A DNA stretch of 64,000 nucleotides from a plasmid. The DNA lies in the sequence record NZ_AP019754.1; one strand, 5' to 3'. Below are positions 51,966 to 62,087 of the stretch, piece after piece (within the stretch, counting starts at the first letter, position 1; each line of letters begins with the position of its first letter). Below the pieces are notes generated by a model. The model made no database searches and was not told the origin of the DNA. It saw nothing but the letters and a program-made list of their open reading frames with translations. Made by a program: the position numbers and the translations under genes.

Positions 51966-52901
51966 ATGGCCGTTATCAACACAAATACGCTGTCACTGGT
52001 TACGCAGAATAACCTGACAAAGTCACAGTCTTCACTAGGCACGGCGATTGAGCGCCTGTCTTCCGGTCTGCGCATCAACAGTGCAAAAGATGATGCAGCC
52101 GGTGAGGCCATCGCTAACCGTTTCACCTCCAACATCAACGGGATGACCGTTGCCGCCCGCAATGCCAACGACGGTATTTCGCTGTCGCAGACCGCCGAGG
52201 GCGCGCTGACTGAAATTAACAATAATCTGCAGCGAGTTCGTGACCTGACCGTTCAGGCGCAGAACAGCTCTAACTCAGCCTCGGATGTCGACTCGATTCA
52301 GGCTGAAGTTAACCAGCGCATGCAGGAAATCGACCGCGTTACGAAACAGACTGATTTCAACGGTATCAAAGTGCTGAACACCGGCTCCGGCAGCACCACC
52401 TACAATTTCCAGGTGGGCGCAAAAGACGGCGAAACTATTGGTATTGCGCTGAGCTCAAGCGACGGTTTTGACCTGGCTGCAGCGGGCAACGCTTCTACAG
52501 GCACCACTCAGAATACCAGTTCTACGACAGGCCAGACGGTCAACGGCAATGCCCGCACCACGTCAGCCATCGGCTTCGACGTGCTGAAAGGGGCTGTCAC
52601 CGGCGGTTCAGGCGGCACAGCGTCAGGTACCACGCCACTGGCCGACATTGATAAAGCCATCAAAGCGGTCGATAACCAGCGCAGCCTGCTGGGTGCCTCG
52701 CAAAACCGTTTCGAGTCCACCATCAGCAACCTGAACAATACCGTGACAAACCTGACCGCGGCCCGCAGCCGTATTCAGGATGCGGATTACGCGACGGAAG
52801 TGTCGAACATGTCCCGCGCGCAGATCCTGCAGCAGGCGGGCTCTTCTGTACTGGCCCAGGCCAACCAGGTGCCACAGACCATGCTGTCACTGCTCCGCTA
52901 A
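51966..52901 (+). CDS. fliC: Flagellin (311 aa), copy 2; paralogue of the gene at 13419..14354
   Basis: Same length and conserved termini as copy 1. About 88% amino-acid identity overall, with differences concentrated centrally. Double stop TAATAA. Confidence 0.9.
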   Translation: MAVINTNTLSLVTQNNLTKSQSSLGTAIERLSSGLRINSAKDDAAGEAIANRFTSNINGMTVAARNANDGISLSQTAEGALTEINNNLQRVRDLTVQAQNSSNSASDVDSIQAEVNQRMQEIDRVTKQTDFNGIKVLNTGSGSTTYNFQVGAKDGETIGIALSSSDGFDLAAAGNASTGTTQNTSSTTGQTVNGNARTTSAIGFDVLKGAVTGGSGGTASGTTPLADIDKAIKAVDNQRSLLGASQNRFESTISNLNNTVTNLTAARSRIQDADYATEVSNMSRAQILQQAGSSVLAQANQVPQTMLSLLR

Positions 52902-52909
52902 TAAACGCT

Positions 52910-52941
52910 GAGGAACTGGATGCTGTCTGATGCAGTTCCTC
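52910..52941 (+). terminator. Hairpin (gaggaactg / cagttcctc) downstream of flagellin copy 2
   Basis: 9-bp perfect stem 9 nt after the stop. The following T-run is weak. Confidence 0.35.
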
Positions 52942-53182
52942 ACGATTTCGTCCCGCTCTGTAACCAGAAGCGGGCAAAACCCTGATTCTCGTCGCGGTGG
53001 AAATGTCAGGTTGAACATGGGATGTGGGGCGGAGTAGCACTCTGAACACGCCATCAAGATGCTTAAGCAGGGCTATGGACTGATTTAAGAACACCATCTT
53101 GCCAAACGCCCGTATTATCGGCTCCCGGCACGAAGCCGTTTTCTTTACTGTTTCATTTTCGAGTGTTAACCGAGGAAAGATA

Positions 53183-54847
53183 ATGAACAATATTAAAATC
53201 GGCGTCCGTCTCGGTGCCGGATTTGGCTTTATCCTGCTTCTTCTCATCGTTATTACCCTGGCCGGTTTAATGCGTATCGACTCACTGGGCGACACCGTGG
53301 ATAAACTGGCCGGCGATCGTTTTGACAAGGCTACCGCTGCCAGTAATCTTCGCTTTTACGTTACTGATATGAGTCGTATGGTTCGCAGCATCGCGCTTGT
53401 CGACGATCCGGCGCAAAAAGAAAGACTGAAACAAAATTATGAGCAGGCCCGCACCCGGCTTGAAACGGCTTTCAACAAAGTCGATCACATACTGCACGCT
53501 CCCAGAAGTCGCGAGCTGATTGACGTCATGAAAAAAGCAGGGAAACAGTATCTATCTTATTCTGAGCAGGCGGTAAAACTGGGTATGGAAGGCAAGCGGG
53601 ATGAGGTGACGCAACTACTCACCGGGCCGGCTTATCAGGCTCAGGACGAATACACAACGGCTATCACGGACCTCGCCAACTTCCAGGGGGAGCAGATGAA
53701 AACCGCGGGAGCTAAAGCCGCGTCAGAGCAGCGCAACGCCGTAACGTTACTCGTTTCACTCAGCCTGGCTGCCATTGTACTGGCAGCAACGCTCGCCTGG
53801 TTTATTACCCGCAGTATCGTCAGGCCCGTCAATATCGCACTTGAAGCGGCGGTAAGGGTTGCTGAAGGTGATCTCACTGCAGAGGTGCCGGTGAGCGGAC
53901 GGGACGAAACCGGGAAACTGCTTGAAGCTATTCGTGGCATGCAGCATTCCCTGGTGCAAACCGTGAGTGCCGTTCGGGCGAATGCGGAAAGCGTTGCCGC
54001 AGCAAGCCTTCAGATAGCTCAGGGAAACACCGATCTGTCACAGCGCACTGAAGAACAAGCCAGCGCGCTGGAACAGACCGCTGCCACGATGGGTGAACTG
54101 GGTGTCACGGTCAGGAATAACGCAGATAATGCCAGCCAGGCCGCCACGCTGGCCGTTACGGTACGTGAGGTTGCCCGGCAGGGTAATGACATCACTTCAG
54201 ATATCACCGATACCATGAAGGGCATAGGCGAAAGTTCAGGGCGCATTGCGGATATCACTTCAGTGATTGACAGCATCGCTTTCCAGACCAACATTCTGGC
54301 GCTCAATGCCGCCGTCGAAGCTGCCCGCGCGGGTGAGCAGGGTCGCGGCTTTGCCGTTGTCGCTGGTGAAGTTCGTTCACTGGCGCAGCGCAGTGCGACT
54401 GCTGCGGGTGAGATTCGTCAGCTCATTGAGGCCAACGCTCAGCGCGTCAGTGAAGGCTCAACGCTGGTAGCGCGTTCTGCTGGCACGATGTCTGCCGTTG
54501 TTTCTTCGGTGGGCCAACTCACTGACAGGGTAGAGGAAATTACCGCCGCTACTGCTGAACAGGCGCGCGGCATTGAACAGGTCAGCATAGCCGTGACAGA
54601 AATAGATGACGTCACGCAGCAGAATGCTTCACTTGTGGAAGAGTCTGCCTCTGCGGCAGCAAGCCTGCGTGAACAGGCCGATCTGCTAATGCAGTCTGTA
54701 TCCGTTTTTACACTTTCAGATCATTCATCCTCCGCCGTTAAAACAGCACTTGTTGCGCCCGTAACGGTTACCGCATCCCCGACGACGCATGACAATTCCA
54801 TGCGATCAAAAGAGACAACGCTGGAAGAAAACTGGACAACATTCTGA
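53183..54847 (+). CDS. Methyl-accepting chemotaxis protein with a C-terminal NWTTF pentapeptide tether
   Basis: 554 aa from the ATG at 53183 (GAGGA upstream). It has TM1, a periplasmic 4HB-like sensor, TM2, HAMP and the conserved signalling core, and ends …EENWTTF*. Confidence 0.85.
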   Translation: MNNIKIGVRLGAGFGFILLLLIVITLAGLMRIDSLGDTVDKLAGDRFDKATAASNLRFYVTDMSRMVRSIALVDDPAQKERLKQNYEQARTRLETAFNKVDHILHAPRSRELIDVMKKAGKQYLSYSEQAVKLGMEGKRDEVTQLLTGPAYQAQDEYTTAITDLANFQGEQMKTAGAKAASEQRNAVTLLVSLSLAAIVLAATLAWFITRSIVRPVNIALEAAVRVAEGDLTAEVPVSGRDETGKLLEAIRGMQHSLVQTVSAVRANAESVAAASLQIAQGNTDLSQRTEEQASALEQTAATMGELGVTVRNNADNASQAATLAVTVREVARQGNDITSDITDTMKGIGESSGRIADITSVIDSIAFQTNILALNAAVEAARAGEQGRGFAVVAGEVRSLAQRSATAAGEIRQLIEANAQRVSEGSTLVARSAGTMSAVVSSVGQLTDRVEEITAATAEQARGIEQVSIAVTEIDDVTQQNASLVEESASAAASLREQADLLMQSVSVFTLSDHSSSAVKTALVAPVTVTASPTTHDNSMRSKETTLEENWTTF

Positions 54848-55149
54848 GCATGCCCCGATGTGAGGGGGTAAGCAGGCAACGCTACGTGAATTCTGTATAA
54901 CCCGCAGGGGTTCTGTGCGCCAGTTTTCACGTAGCGCGCCCGGTGATTACGGGCTTCAGGTCCAGAGGGGACGCAGGTGAGGTGCCGGTGCGTAACCGGG
55001 TACGTGTCGGGATGTATTATTTAACATAATTAGTATTATGCGCACTTTAATGTAACGGCTAAATTCAGATGTCCGCCTCTGGCTGTATTGAGATGTCCGC
55101 ATTATCGTCCTTTTTCCAGGGTTTCCCGGCTGAGGACGCAACTGATGAC

Positions 55150-55315
55150 GGCTTAGGATTCGGAGTGCTGAGAGCATGAACAGACGTTTGGCCCCCATAC
55201 GTCTTGCCAGCCAACTGCTAAGCGGTATGACCAACATCAGGCCCAGGATATAGACATTACTTATCCATGCCAACTGGCTAACGGGTAGTTGGAGTACTTG
55301 CCTCCCCTGTGACAT
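55150..55315 (-). pseudogene. Fragment of an MFS (DHA-type) transporter gene
   Basis: The 55 aa VSQLAWISNVYILGLMLVIPLSSWLARRMGAKRLFMLSALRIL match the TM1–loop–TM2/3 region and the G-x-L-a-D-r-x-G-r-k motif of MFS drug exporters. Sequence beyond that is non-protein-like. Confidence 0.35.
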
Positions 55316-55681
55316 CTCTCACCCCCTGCCAAAACATTTCCGTTTAGTACTGGAAAAATACTCTCTGTATCCGGCCAGACATTGCTGATAATTTGTCCAG
55401 ACTCTGGTTTAACATAGCTGACAAACGCTTAACGGACGCATCAGAAAACGAACAGCATCAACGTAAGGCTTCGTGCCACGAGGGGCCGTTTCTGACATTT
55501 CAAAAAGCGACACGACTAACAGCAAACGAATACCGCTCATCTTCCTTTTCTGGCAACCGTTTCGACGTGAAGAAAGAACGTATTACTGAAACGCGACGCT
55601 CTGCCCTTTTGCTTACTAAGTATTCATTGCCCGGATGTTCAGGCGACCGTAAAAATTAACGACACTGACGAGTAGGGAAAA

Positions 55682-56827
55682 ATGATGAATAAAACGATTC
55701 TGGCGCTAGCCGCCGTTGCAAGTGCTTCGGCCATTGTGCCGCTGATGGCTCAGGCATCTTACGCGTATGTGGGAACCTATAATCCCAATGGCGAAGGGGT
55801 TTATCGATTTATCCTCAATGCGCAGGGTGAACTGTCGGGAAAAACATTGGTGAGTCAACTGCCCAACCAGGCACAGATGGTGGCGTCAGCGGATGGTAAA
55901 CATCTTTATGTGGCGAGTGAGACCGAGAAAGGTAGCATCACCGCTTATCAGATTGGTACGGACGGTTCGCTCACGGCATTAAATCAGGTCGACACGCAAG
56001 GCAAAGGACCGGTGTACCTGTCCCTGACACCCGATCAGCGTTACCTGATGGTCGCAAATTATGTCAGCGGCAGTATTACAGTGTTTGCGGTAACGCCAGA
56101 AGGCAAGCTGAGTGAGGCTGTCGATCATCATCAGGACAGCGGCCCGGCTGGCGCAGGCAAACCGGCCGCAGCGGTAGACGGCAGCTTTGCCATCAGCGAT
56201 CACAATGGTCCGCATGCACATATGGTCGCCAGCGATCCCACGGGCCAGTTTGTTTACTCGACGGATTTGGGGCTGGACCGCATTTACCAATACCACCTGA
56301 ATAAAGACGGTACGCTGACGCCCGGCAAACCCGCATGGATAAACGCCTCGTCTGCCGGTGCAGGCCCCCGCCATTTCGTTCTTAGCGCTGAGGGTCATGC
56401 GCTCTGGTTAGTGAATGAAGAAGCCTCCACGCTCACACATTACCTCATTAATCCGCAAAGCGGTGCTTTGCAGGAAAAGGCCACGGTTTCTACGCTGCCT
56501 TCCGGTTATAAAGGCACCAGTTTTGCAGCCGGGTTAGTCATTGATAAGGGCGGGAAAAATCTTTACGTCGCCAACCGTCTGCATGACAGCATTGCGCACT
56601 TTGAGGTCAATGCTAACGGCACACTGACGCATAAAGATGATGTGTGGACGCGCGGGGATTACCCCCGAACGCTGACATTATCCCCTGATGGCAGCATGAT
56701 TTACGTGATGAATCAGCGTAGCGATAACATCACCAGCTTCAGGGTGGATAAAGCGAGTGGTGCCATCAGCTTTACCGGGAACTATGTTGCCGTAGGCGCG
56801 CCTTCACAGATGGTTATTGTTCCCTGA
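55682..56827 (+). CDS. Lactonase-family 7-bladed beta-propeller protein (Pgl/YbhE-like) with an N-terminal signal peptide
   Basis: 381 aa with a cleavable signal peptide (MMNKTILALAAVASASAIVPLMAQA). The repeated propeller blades and overall pattern resemble 6-phosphogluconolactonase/3-carboxymuconate-cyclase-like lactonases. Confidence 0.7.
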   Translation: MMNKTILALAAVASASAIVPLMAQASYAYVGTYNPNGEGVYRFILNAQGELSGKTLVSQLPNQAQMVASADGKHLYVASETEKGSITAYQIGTDGSLTALNQVDTQGKGPVYLSLTPDQRYLMVANYVSGSITVFAVTPEGKLSEAVDHHQDSGPAGAGKPAAAVDGSFAISDHNGPHAHMVASDPTGQFVYSTDLGLDRIYQYHLNKDGTLTPGKPAWINASSAGAGPRHFVLSAEGHALWLVNEEASTLTHYLINPQSGALQEKATVSTLPSGYKGTSFAAGLVIDKGGKNLYVANRLHDSIAHFEVNANGTLTHKDDVWTRGDYPRTLTLSPDGSMIYVMNQRSDNITSFRVDKASGAISFTGNYVAVGAPSQMVIVP

Positions 56828-56995
56828 AACATTGATGCGGATAACATGCACGTCACACTGTGGTGCGTGTTACCGACGCAGCGTGCAGGTGCACGAGAAG
56901 GTCAGTCTCGCGCACCTGCCCGTTCAAGATCACTAACGGGCATGATCGATAAGCACTCAGGCCCAGCGATTATCGCTGCCAGTGCTAACGCAAAA

Positions 56996-59900
56996 TCAGG
57001 TGTTATCCTCCACAATCACCGCAACCCGCTGTCCGGCGCGCACGGCACTGCCTGGCTGTACGTTAACCTGCTGGATGATCCCATCGCAGGGTGCCAGCAA
57101 CGGAATCTCCATTTTCATGGATTCCAGTACCACCAGAACATCCCCCGCCTGAACCCGACTTCCCACCGTGGTTTGCACTTGCCAAAGGTTGCCGGAAACC
57201 GGGCTTTCGACACCCTGCTCGCCCTGCTGTAGTGGTGCATCACCGCCCTCTTCTGCCACGTTCTCCTGGCTGTCGAAATGGGCCTGACCACTGGCGATCC
57301 AGCGATCGCGTTCCGCATTGAACGCCTGTTGCTGGTGGTCACGAAACGCCGCGATGCTTTGCGCCTCATGAGCGAGAAACTGCTGATAATCACTCAACCG
57401 CAGCGTACTGGGCTCAATGCGCAGCGGATAACGCCCCAGCGGGAAATCGCGGCGGATTTGCACCAGTTCCTCGGCGGATACAGGGTAGAACCGCAGTTGA
57501 TCAAAGAAGCGCAGCAGCCAGGGTTTCCCCGCAAAATCAGCAACCTCTCGATAGCGATTCCACATCTGAAGCGTGCGCCCCACAAACTGATAGCCGCCAG
57601 GTCCTTCCATGCCGTAAACGCAGAGGTAAGCGCCGCCGATACCCACCGAGTTCTCTGCCGTCCAGGTGCGCGCCGGGTTGTATTTTGTGGTGACCAGGCG
57701 ATGGCGCGGATCCAGCGGTGTCGCAACCGGCGCCCCCAGATAGACATCGCCCAGCCCCATAACCAGATAGCTGGCCTCAAACACCGTCTCCCAGACCGCC
57801 TGTTCGTCAGGCAGATCGTTAATGCGGCGAATGAATTCAAGGTTACTGGGGCACCACGGTGCATCAGGGCGTACCGTCGTCATGTACTTTTCAATCGCCT
57901 GGCGACAGGCGGGATCGTCCCAGGAAAGCGGCAGATGTACTACGCGAGTTGGCACCTGCAGATCATCACTCAGGCAAACCCTGAGCCACTCGCCGCGTAC
58001 CCAGTCCAGCAGCGCGTCATGGGTGAGGATTTCAGGCTGAAAATGGATCTGCAACGAACGAATCCCGGGCGTGATATCAATCACCCCGTCTTTTGCATGC
58101 GCTTCCAGCGCCTGCATCAGGGCATGAATGCGAAAACGCAGAACCAGATCCAGCTCCGGCTCCCCGGCTTCGAGTAGCAGATGCGTATCGCCAGAAAGTC
58201 GCGCGACCAGGCGCTTATCGGCCTCACCGCAGGTCATCACGATCGGCGAGGTCAGCGGCGCAGGTTGCCAGGCTGTCGCCTGGCCACAGAGCGTTGCCAG
58301 CTCCTGGCCTCGCGCTTTAGCCAACTGGCGCGCGGTGGTTAAATCCACCGAGGTAAAGCGCACTTTATCACCGGCTTTCAACTGCCCTAACTGCCAGAGA
58401 TCGGCTTCGATGACTGTGACCGGACAAACGAATCCCCCGAGGCTGGGTCCATCCGGGCCCAGAATCACCGGCATATCGCCGGTAAAATCAACCGCACCTA
58501 CCGCGTACGGATTGTCGTGAATGTTTGACGGATGCAGTCCGGCTTCGCCCCCGCTGTCTCGGCTCCAGATGGGCTTGGGCCCAATCAGGCGGACGCCCGT
58601 GCGGCTGGAGTTAAAATGCACTTCCCATTCTGTGGCAAAAAAAGTGGCGATATAGTCCGGCGCGAAGAACTCCGGCGCACCGTGTGGACCATAAATTACC
58701 CGTAGGGTGCGGATCTGCGGGAGATCCGTGCGCAATGCCTCAGGAAGTGCCACGCCAGCTTCCGTTGCTGCCTGTGGGGCCAGGTGCAGCACATCGCCGC
58801 TACGCAGTGCGCGTCCGGCGTGGCCGCCAAACTGGCCAAGCGTAAAGGTGCTTTTACTGCCTAAATACGTTGGCACCTGAATGCCGCCGCTCAGGCAGAG
58901 ATAGCTTCGCACGCCCGCCCCACTCACAGCACCCAGCTTTAACGTCGCCCCGGCGGGAATGGTAAAAACACAATCCATCGGCACGGGCTGGCCATCCAGG
59001 GTAGCGCTCAGTGGTGCACCGCAGATGACGGCCTGGATGGCGGTATTGAATTTCAGAGTGGGTCCGGTGAGGGCCATTTCCAGTGCGGCTTCCCCCTCGT
59101 CATTGCCCAGCAGCCGATTGCCTGAACGCAGGGCGCGGTCGTCCATCGGCCCCGATGGCGGTACGCCGACCGCCCAGTAGCCCAGACGGCCCGGATAATC
59201 CTGCACGCTGGTTTGCGTACCGGCGCCTAGCACCTCAACCGTCGCTGCCTGATAGCTCAGCTGTTCCAGACAACGGGTCCAGGGTTCTCCCTGAACAAAG
59301 GGCGCAAACGCTAAAATTTGCTGCAGATAGAGGCGGTTGGTTTCAACACCGTATAAACGCGTTTCTGCCAGCGCCTGCGCCAGTGTGGCAATGGCCTCCG
59401 GGCGGCTGGGCCGCCAGGCGATCGTTTTCGCCAGCAGCGGATCAAAAAAGGGCGGCACTTCGCAACCGGCTTCAATCCAGTGATCAATGCGCAGGCGAGC
59501 ATCCTGTTGGTCGGGAAAGGCAACGTCTGTCAGCAGGCCCGGTGAAGGCTGAAACTGCCGTCCCGGATCTTCCGCATAAATGCGTGCCTGGATAGCATGG
59601 CCTTGTGGCGCAAGCCCGGCAGCCAGCTCGCGCAGGGGCGGCAAGGTGTCCGCAGCCAGTTCAATCATCCATTTCACCAGGTCAACGCCCCAGACCTGTT
59701 CTGTTACGCCATGCTCGACCTGAAGGCGAGTGTTGACCTCCAGGAAGTAAAATTGTTGGTTCAGGCTGTCATAGACAAACTCCACGGTGCCCGCGCTGCG
59801 ATAGTTCACTGCTTTACCCAGCGCAACTGCCGCCTCGCAGAGCGCCTGTGCCATGCCTTCAGGCAAATTGGGGGCAGGTGTTTCTTCGATGACCTTCTGG

Positions 59901-60601
59901 TTACGCCGCTGCACCGAGCAGTCACGCACGCCCAGCGCGATAACGTCTCCTTGCCCGTCACCAAAGATCTGCACCTCAAGATGACGTGCGCGTTCGATAT
60001 AGTTCTCGAGAAACACGCCGGCATCACTAAAGTTGTTCTGCCCCAGCCGCTGCACGGTATCAAACGCTTCCGTCAGTTCATGCGAATCGCGACAAACGCG
60101 CATGCCAATCCCGCCGCCACCCGCCGTACTTTTCAGCATCACCGGATAACCAACGGTCTCGGCGACGCGGCAGGCTTCGGCGGCATCGGCCAGTAACTCG
60201 CTGCCTTCCAGCAAGGGCACACCTTCAGCTTTCGCCAGAGCACGGGCCGTGTGCTTCAGACCAAAAGTCCGCAACTGCTGTGGCGTTGGGCCAACAAAAA
60301 TCAGCCCTGCGGCCTCGCAGGCCTCAGCGAACCCGGCGTTTTCAGAGAGAAAACCGTAGCCCGGGTGAATCGCCTGTGCACCGCTTTGCTGCGCTGCGGC
60401 AATAATTTTTTCAGCGGCCAGATACGTTTGTGCCGCCGGGCCGTCGCCAAGGGACAACGCTTCATCGGCATCACGAATATGCAGGCTGCCCAGATCGGCC
60501 TCGGCATAGACAGCCACCCCCTTGACCTGCATGGCGCGCAGGGTGCGTAAGATGCGGCAGGCGATCGCACCGCGGTTAGCAATCAGTAAGGTATCAAACA
60601 T
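56996..60601 (-). CDS. Urea carboxylase-family biotin-dependent carboxylase (urea or guanidine carboxylase), 1201 aa
   Basis: The N-terminus is a biotin carboxylase (MFDTLLIANRGAIACRILRTLR…). The centre carries KipA/KipI-like carboxyltransferase (allophanate-hydrolase-subunit-like) domains. The C-terminus is a biotinyl-lysine domain (VLESMKMEIPL). Confidence 0.85.
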   Translation of the reverse strand: MFDTLLIANRGAIACRILRTLRAMQVKGVAVYAEADLGSLHIRDADEALSLGDGPAAQTYLAAEKIIAAAQQSGAQAIHPGYGFLSENAGFAEACEAAGLIFVGPTPQQLRTFGLKHTARALAKAEGVPLLEGSELLADAAEACRVAETVGYPVMLKSTAGGGGIGMRVCRDSHELTEAFDTVQRLGQNNFSDAGVFLENYIERARHLEVQIFGDGQGDVIALGVRDCSVQRRNQKVIEETPAPNLPEGMAQALCEAAVALGKAVNYRSAGTVEFVYDSLNQQFYFLEVNTRLQVEHGVTEQVWGVDLVKWMIELAADTLPPLRELAAGLAPQGHAIQARIYAEDPGRQFQPSPGLLTDVAFPDQQDARLRIDHWIEAGCEVPPFFDPLLAKTIAWRPSRPEAIATLAQALAETRLYGVETNRLYLQQILAFAPFVQGEPWTRCLEQLSYQAATVEVLGAGTQTSVQDYPGRLGYWAVGVPPSGPMDDRALRSGNRLLGNDEGEAALEMALTGPTLKFNTAIQAVICGAPLSATLDGQPVPMDCVFTIPAGATLKLGAVSGAGVRSYLCLSGGIQVPTYLGSKSTFTLGQFGGHAGRALRSGDVLHLAPQAATEAGVALPEALRTDLPQIRTLRVIYGPHGAPEFFAPDYIATFFATEWEVHFNSSRTGVRLIGPKPIWSRDSGGEAGLHPSNIHDNPYAVGAVDFTGDMPVILGPDGPSLGGFVCPVTVIEADLWQLGQLKAGDKVRFTSVDLTTARQLAKARGQELATLCGQATAWQPAPLTSPIVMTCGEADKRLVARLSGDTHLLLEAGEPELDLVLRFRIHALMQALEAHAKDGVIDITPGIRSLQIHFQPEILTHDALLDWVRGEWLRVCLSDDLQVPTRVVHLPLSWDDPACRQAIEKYMTTVRPDAPWCPSNLEFIRRINDLPDEQAVWETVFEASYLVMGLGDVYLGAPVATPLDPRHRLVTTKYNPARTWTAENSVGIGGAYLCVYGMEGPGGYQFVGRTLQMWNRYREVADFAGKPWLLRFFDQLRFYPVSAEELVQIRRDFPLGRYPLRIEPSTLRLSDYQQFLAHEAQSIAAFRDHQQQAFNAERDRWIASGQAHFDSQENVAEEGGDAPLQQGEQGVESPVSGNLWQVQTTVGSRVQAGDVLVVLESMKMEIPLLAPCDGIIQQVNVQPGSAVRAGQRVAVIVEDNT

Positions 60602-60712
60602 AAGCGGAACTCTCAGGAAAGCGGGTCGTCCCGCAGAAAGTCGACATGTCCCCTGGGGCCGTCCCCGGGGCTTCTCCTTTTCAGGCGTGCGTATTGTTTA
60701 GTCGCACCAGGC

Positions 60713-61348
60713 TCAGTTCCATACCAATACCTCGGCGGGCGTGGGATTCCAGCCGTTACAGGGGTTATTCAGCTGCGGACAGTTTGAGATTAAGACCGCC
60801 GCATTACACTCGGCGCGCAGTTCAACATATTTGCCGGCGGCGGAAATACCGTCTTCAAAGGTCAGTCCACCCTGCGGAGTGACGGGAACGTTCATAAAAA
60901 AGTTGATGTTGGCGCCGATATCGCGTTTATGCAGGCGACCGTCATGCAGGCAGGCACAAAGAAAATTATCCCGGCAGCTGTGCATATAGCGCTTGTCGTG
61001 AGCATAACGTACCGTGTTACTTTCCTGCGCGCAGGCACCGCCCAACGTATCGTGGCGGCCACAGGTATCGGCGACAATGGTCAGCAGCGGATTGCCCATA
61101 TTCGAGTAAAGTACGCTGCCGGTGGTCAGGTAAGCATTACCCTGACGGCGCAGCGTACGCTGGGGATCGTAACGCTCGCGCGGATTATCTGCGTTGTAGA
61201 ACAGCGTATCGATCGCCTGATTCCCTTCCAGGTCGAGCAGACGCAATGTTTGCCCTTGTTTGACCTCAAACAGCCAGGGTTCGCCCGCCGGAATCACATG
61301 ACGGTAAACCGCATCCTCTGGGCGGCGGTCGCTGGAAATAATCATCAT
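60713..61348 (-). CDS. DUF1989 urea-carboxylase-associated protein (UAAP; CgdB/CgdA-like)
   Basis: ~211 aa from the internal Met (GGAG upstream). It is conserved adjacent to urea-carboxylase-family genes. Confidence 0.7.
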   Translation of the reverse strand: MMIISSDRRPEDAVYRHVIPAGEPWLFEVKQGQTLRLLDLEGNQAIDTLFYNADNPRERYDPQRTLRRQGNAYLTTGSVLYSNMGNPLLTIVADTCGRHDTLGGACAQESNTVRYAHDKRYMHSCRDNFLCACLHDGRLHKRDIGANINFFMNVPVTPQGGLTFEDGISAAGKYVELRAECNAAVLISNCPQLNNPCNGWNPTPAEVLVWN

Positions 61349-61358
61349 CGCTGACTCC

Positions 61359-62087
61359 TTACAGGGCAAAAAGTTGAGTGTTCTGTATTGCGCGCTGATT
61401 TTCATCGCGGATGAACAGCGCTTCGGTGGTAGCCTGTGCGTCATCGGCCTGATACCAGCTCAGCTGGATGGGACGCGGTGCATAGTCAGGGGCAGGATCC
61501 ATTGGATGGGGGAGCGCGGTCAGGACGATCAGCACGTCCATTGGGGCAAACAGCTCAACAACATCCCCTGCGCGGCTATGTTCGGTATCGAAGCGGAAGC
61601 GGCCATCTTCATCGACGGTGACTTTGCTAAAGAAGTTAACGACCATGAGCAGATCTTCAAGACCCAAATCCCATTTGCCCATCTCGACCAGCAGATTATC
61701 GACTCCATTGCGGTAAAACCCATTCCGCAGCTCCTGATAGCGCCCTGCGCCATATTTTTCGCGCGTTTCCGCCGCGTTAAGTACGCCACCAAACGGGTCG
61801 TGCCAGCCACAACTGTCCGCCACGATCCCGGCGAGTACGCGGCCCATATCGGAATAAAAACAGTGGCCGGTAGTGAGCCGGGCCGTATGCTGGCCCTTCA
61901 GCGTATCCGGTAGATTAAGGCGTTCACTTTTCTCATGCGGATTGAGCATCATCATGCTGACATTCGCGCCGCCATCAATATCGGTCAGGCGCAGGATGTG
62001 CCCTTTGCGCAGAATGAATGAGGTGTGCGCCCCGCCGGGAAGCCGCTCTTCGCGCAGGCTGGGCGCTGAGTGAAAACGTGCCGTCAT
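61359..62087 (-). CDS. DUF1989 urea-carboxylase-associated protein (second paralogue)
   Basis: 242 aa and paralogous to the downstream gene, with shared motifs (…NLPD/DTL…TTG…YS.MG…). It overlaps the upstream ABC ATPase stop. Confidence 0.7.
   Translation of the reverse strand: MTARFHSAPSLREERLPGGAHTSFILRKGHILRLTDIDGGANVSMMMLNPHEKSERLNLPDTLKGQHTARLTTGHCFYSDMGRVLAGIVADSCGWHDPFGGVLNAAETREKYGAGRYQELRNGFYRNGVDNLLVEMGKWDLGLEDLLMVVNFFSKVTVDEDGRFRFDTEHSRAGDVVELFAPMDVLIVLTALPHPMDPAPDYAPRPIQLSWYQADDAQATTEALFIRDENQRAIQNTQLFAL

Noticed and set aside
13419-52901. The two flagellin genes as a ~0.94-kb inverted repeat that could invert the intervening 37.6 kb by homologous recombination (a phase-variation-like switch)
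   Set aside because: Nucleotide identity between the copies is only roughly 75–80%, with many scattered synonymous differences. No long identical tracts exist that would support RecA-mediated inversion, and no invertase or recombinase gene is nearby.
53090-53140. GCCGATAA (sigma-28 -10 consensus) on the minus strand upstream of the 53183 MCP
   Set aside because: No TAAA-type -35 lies at the required 11–15-nt spacing, and it points away from any gene start, so it was not called as a promoter.
54878-54935. 11-bp inverted repeat (cgctacgtgaa / ttcacgtagcg) separated by ~35 nt, just after the second MCP
   Set aside because: It has no adjacent U-tract and the long spacer is not typical of a terminator. 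It was noted only as a possible regulatory or structural element with no support for a specific function.
56846-60550. Several plus-strand ORFs inside the urea-carboxylase gene (56846..57232, 57278..58177, 59083..59595, 59597..60196)
   Set aside because: All are antisense to the 1201-aa carboxylase, whose domain order (biotin carboxylase, carboxyltransferase, biotinyl) is intact and continuous.
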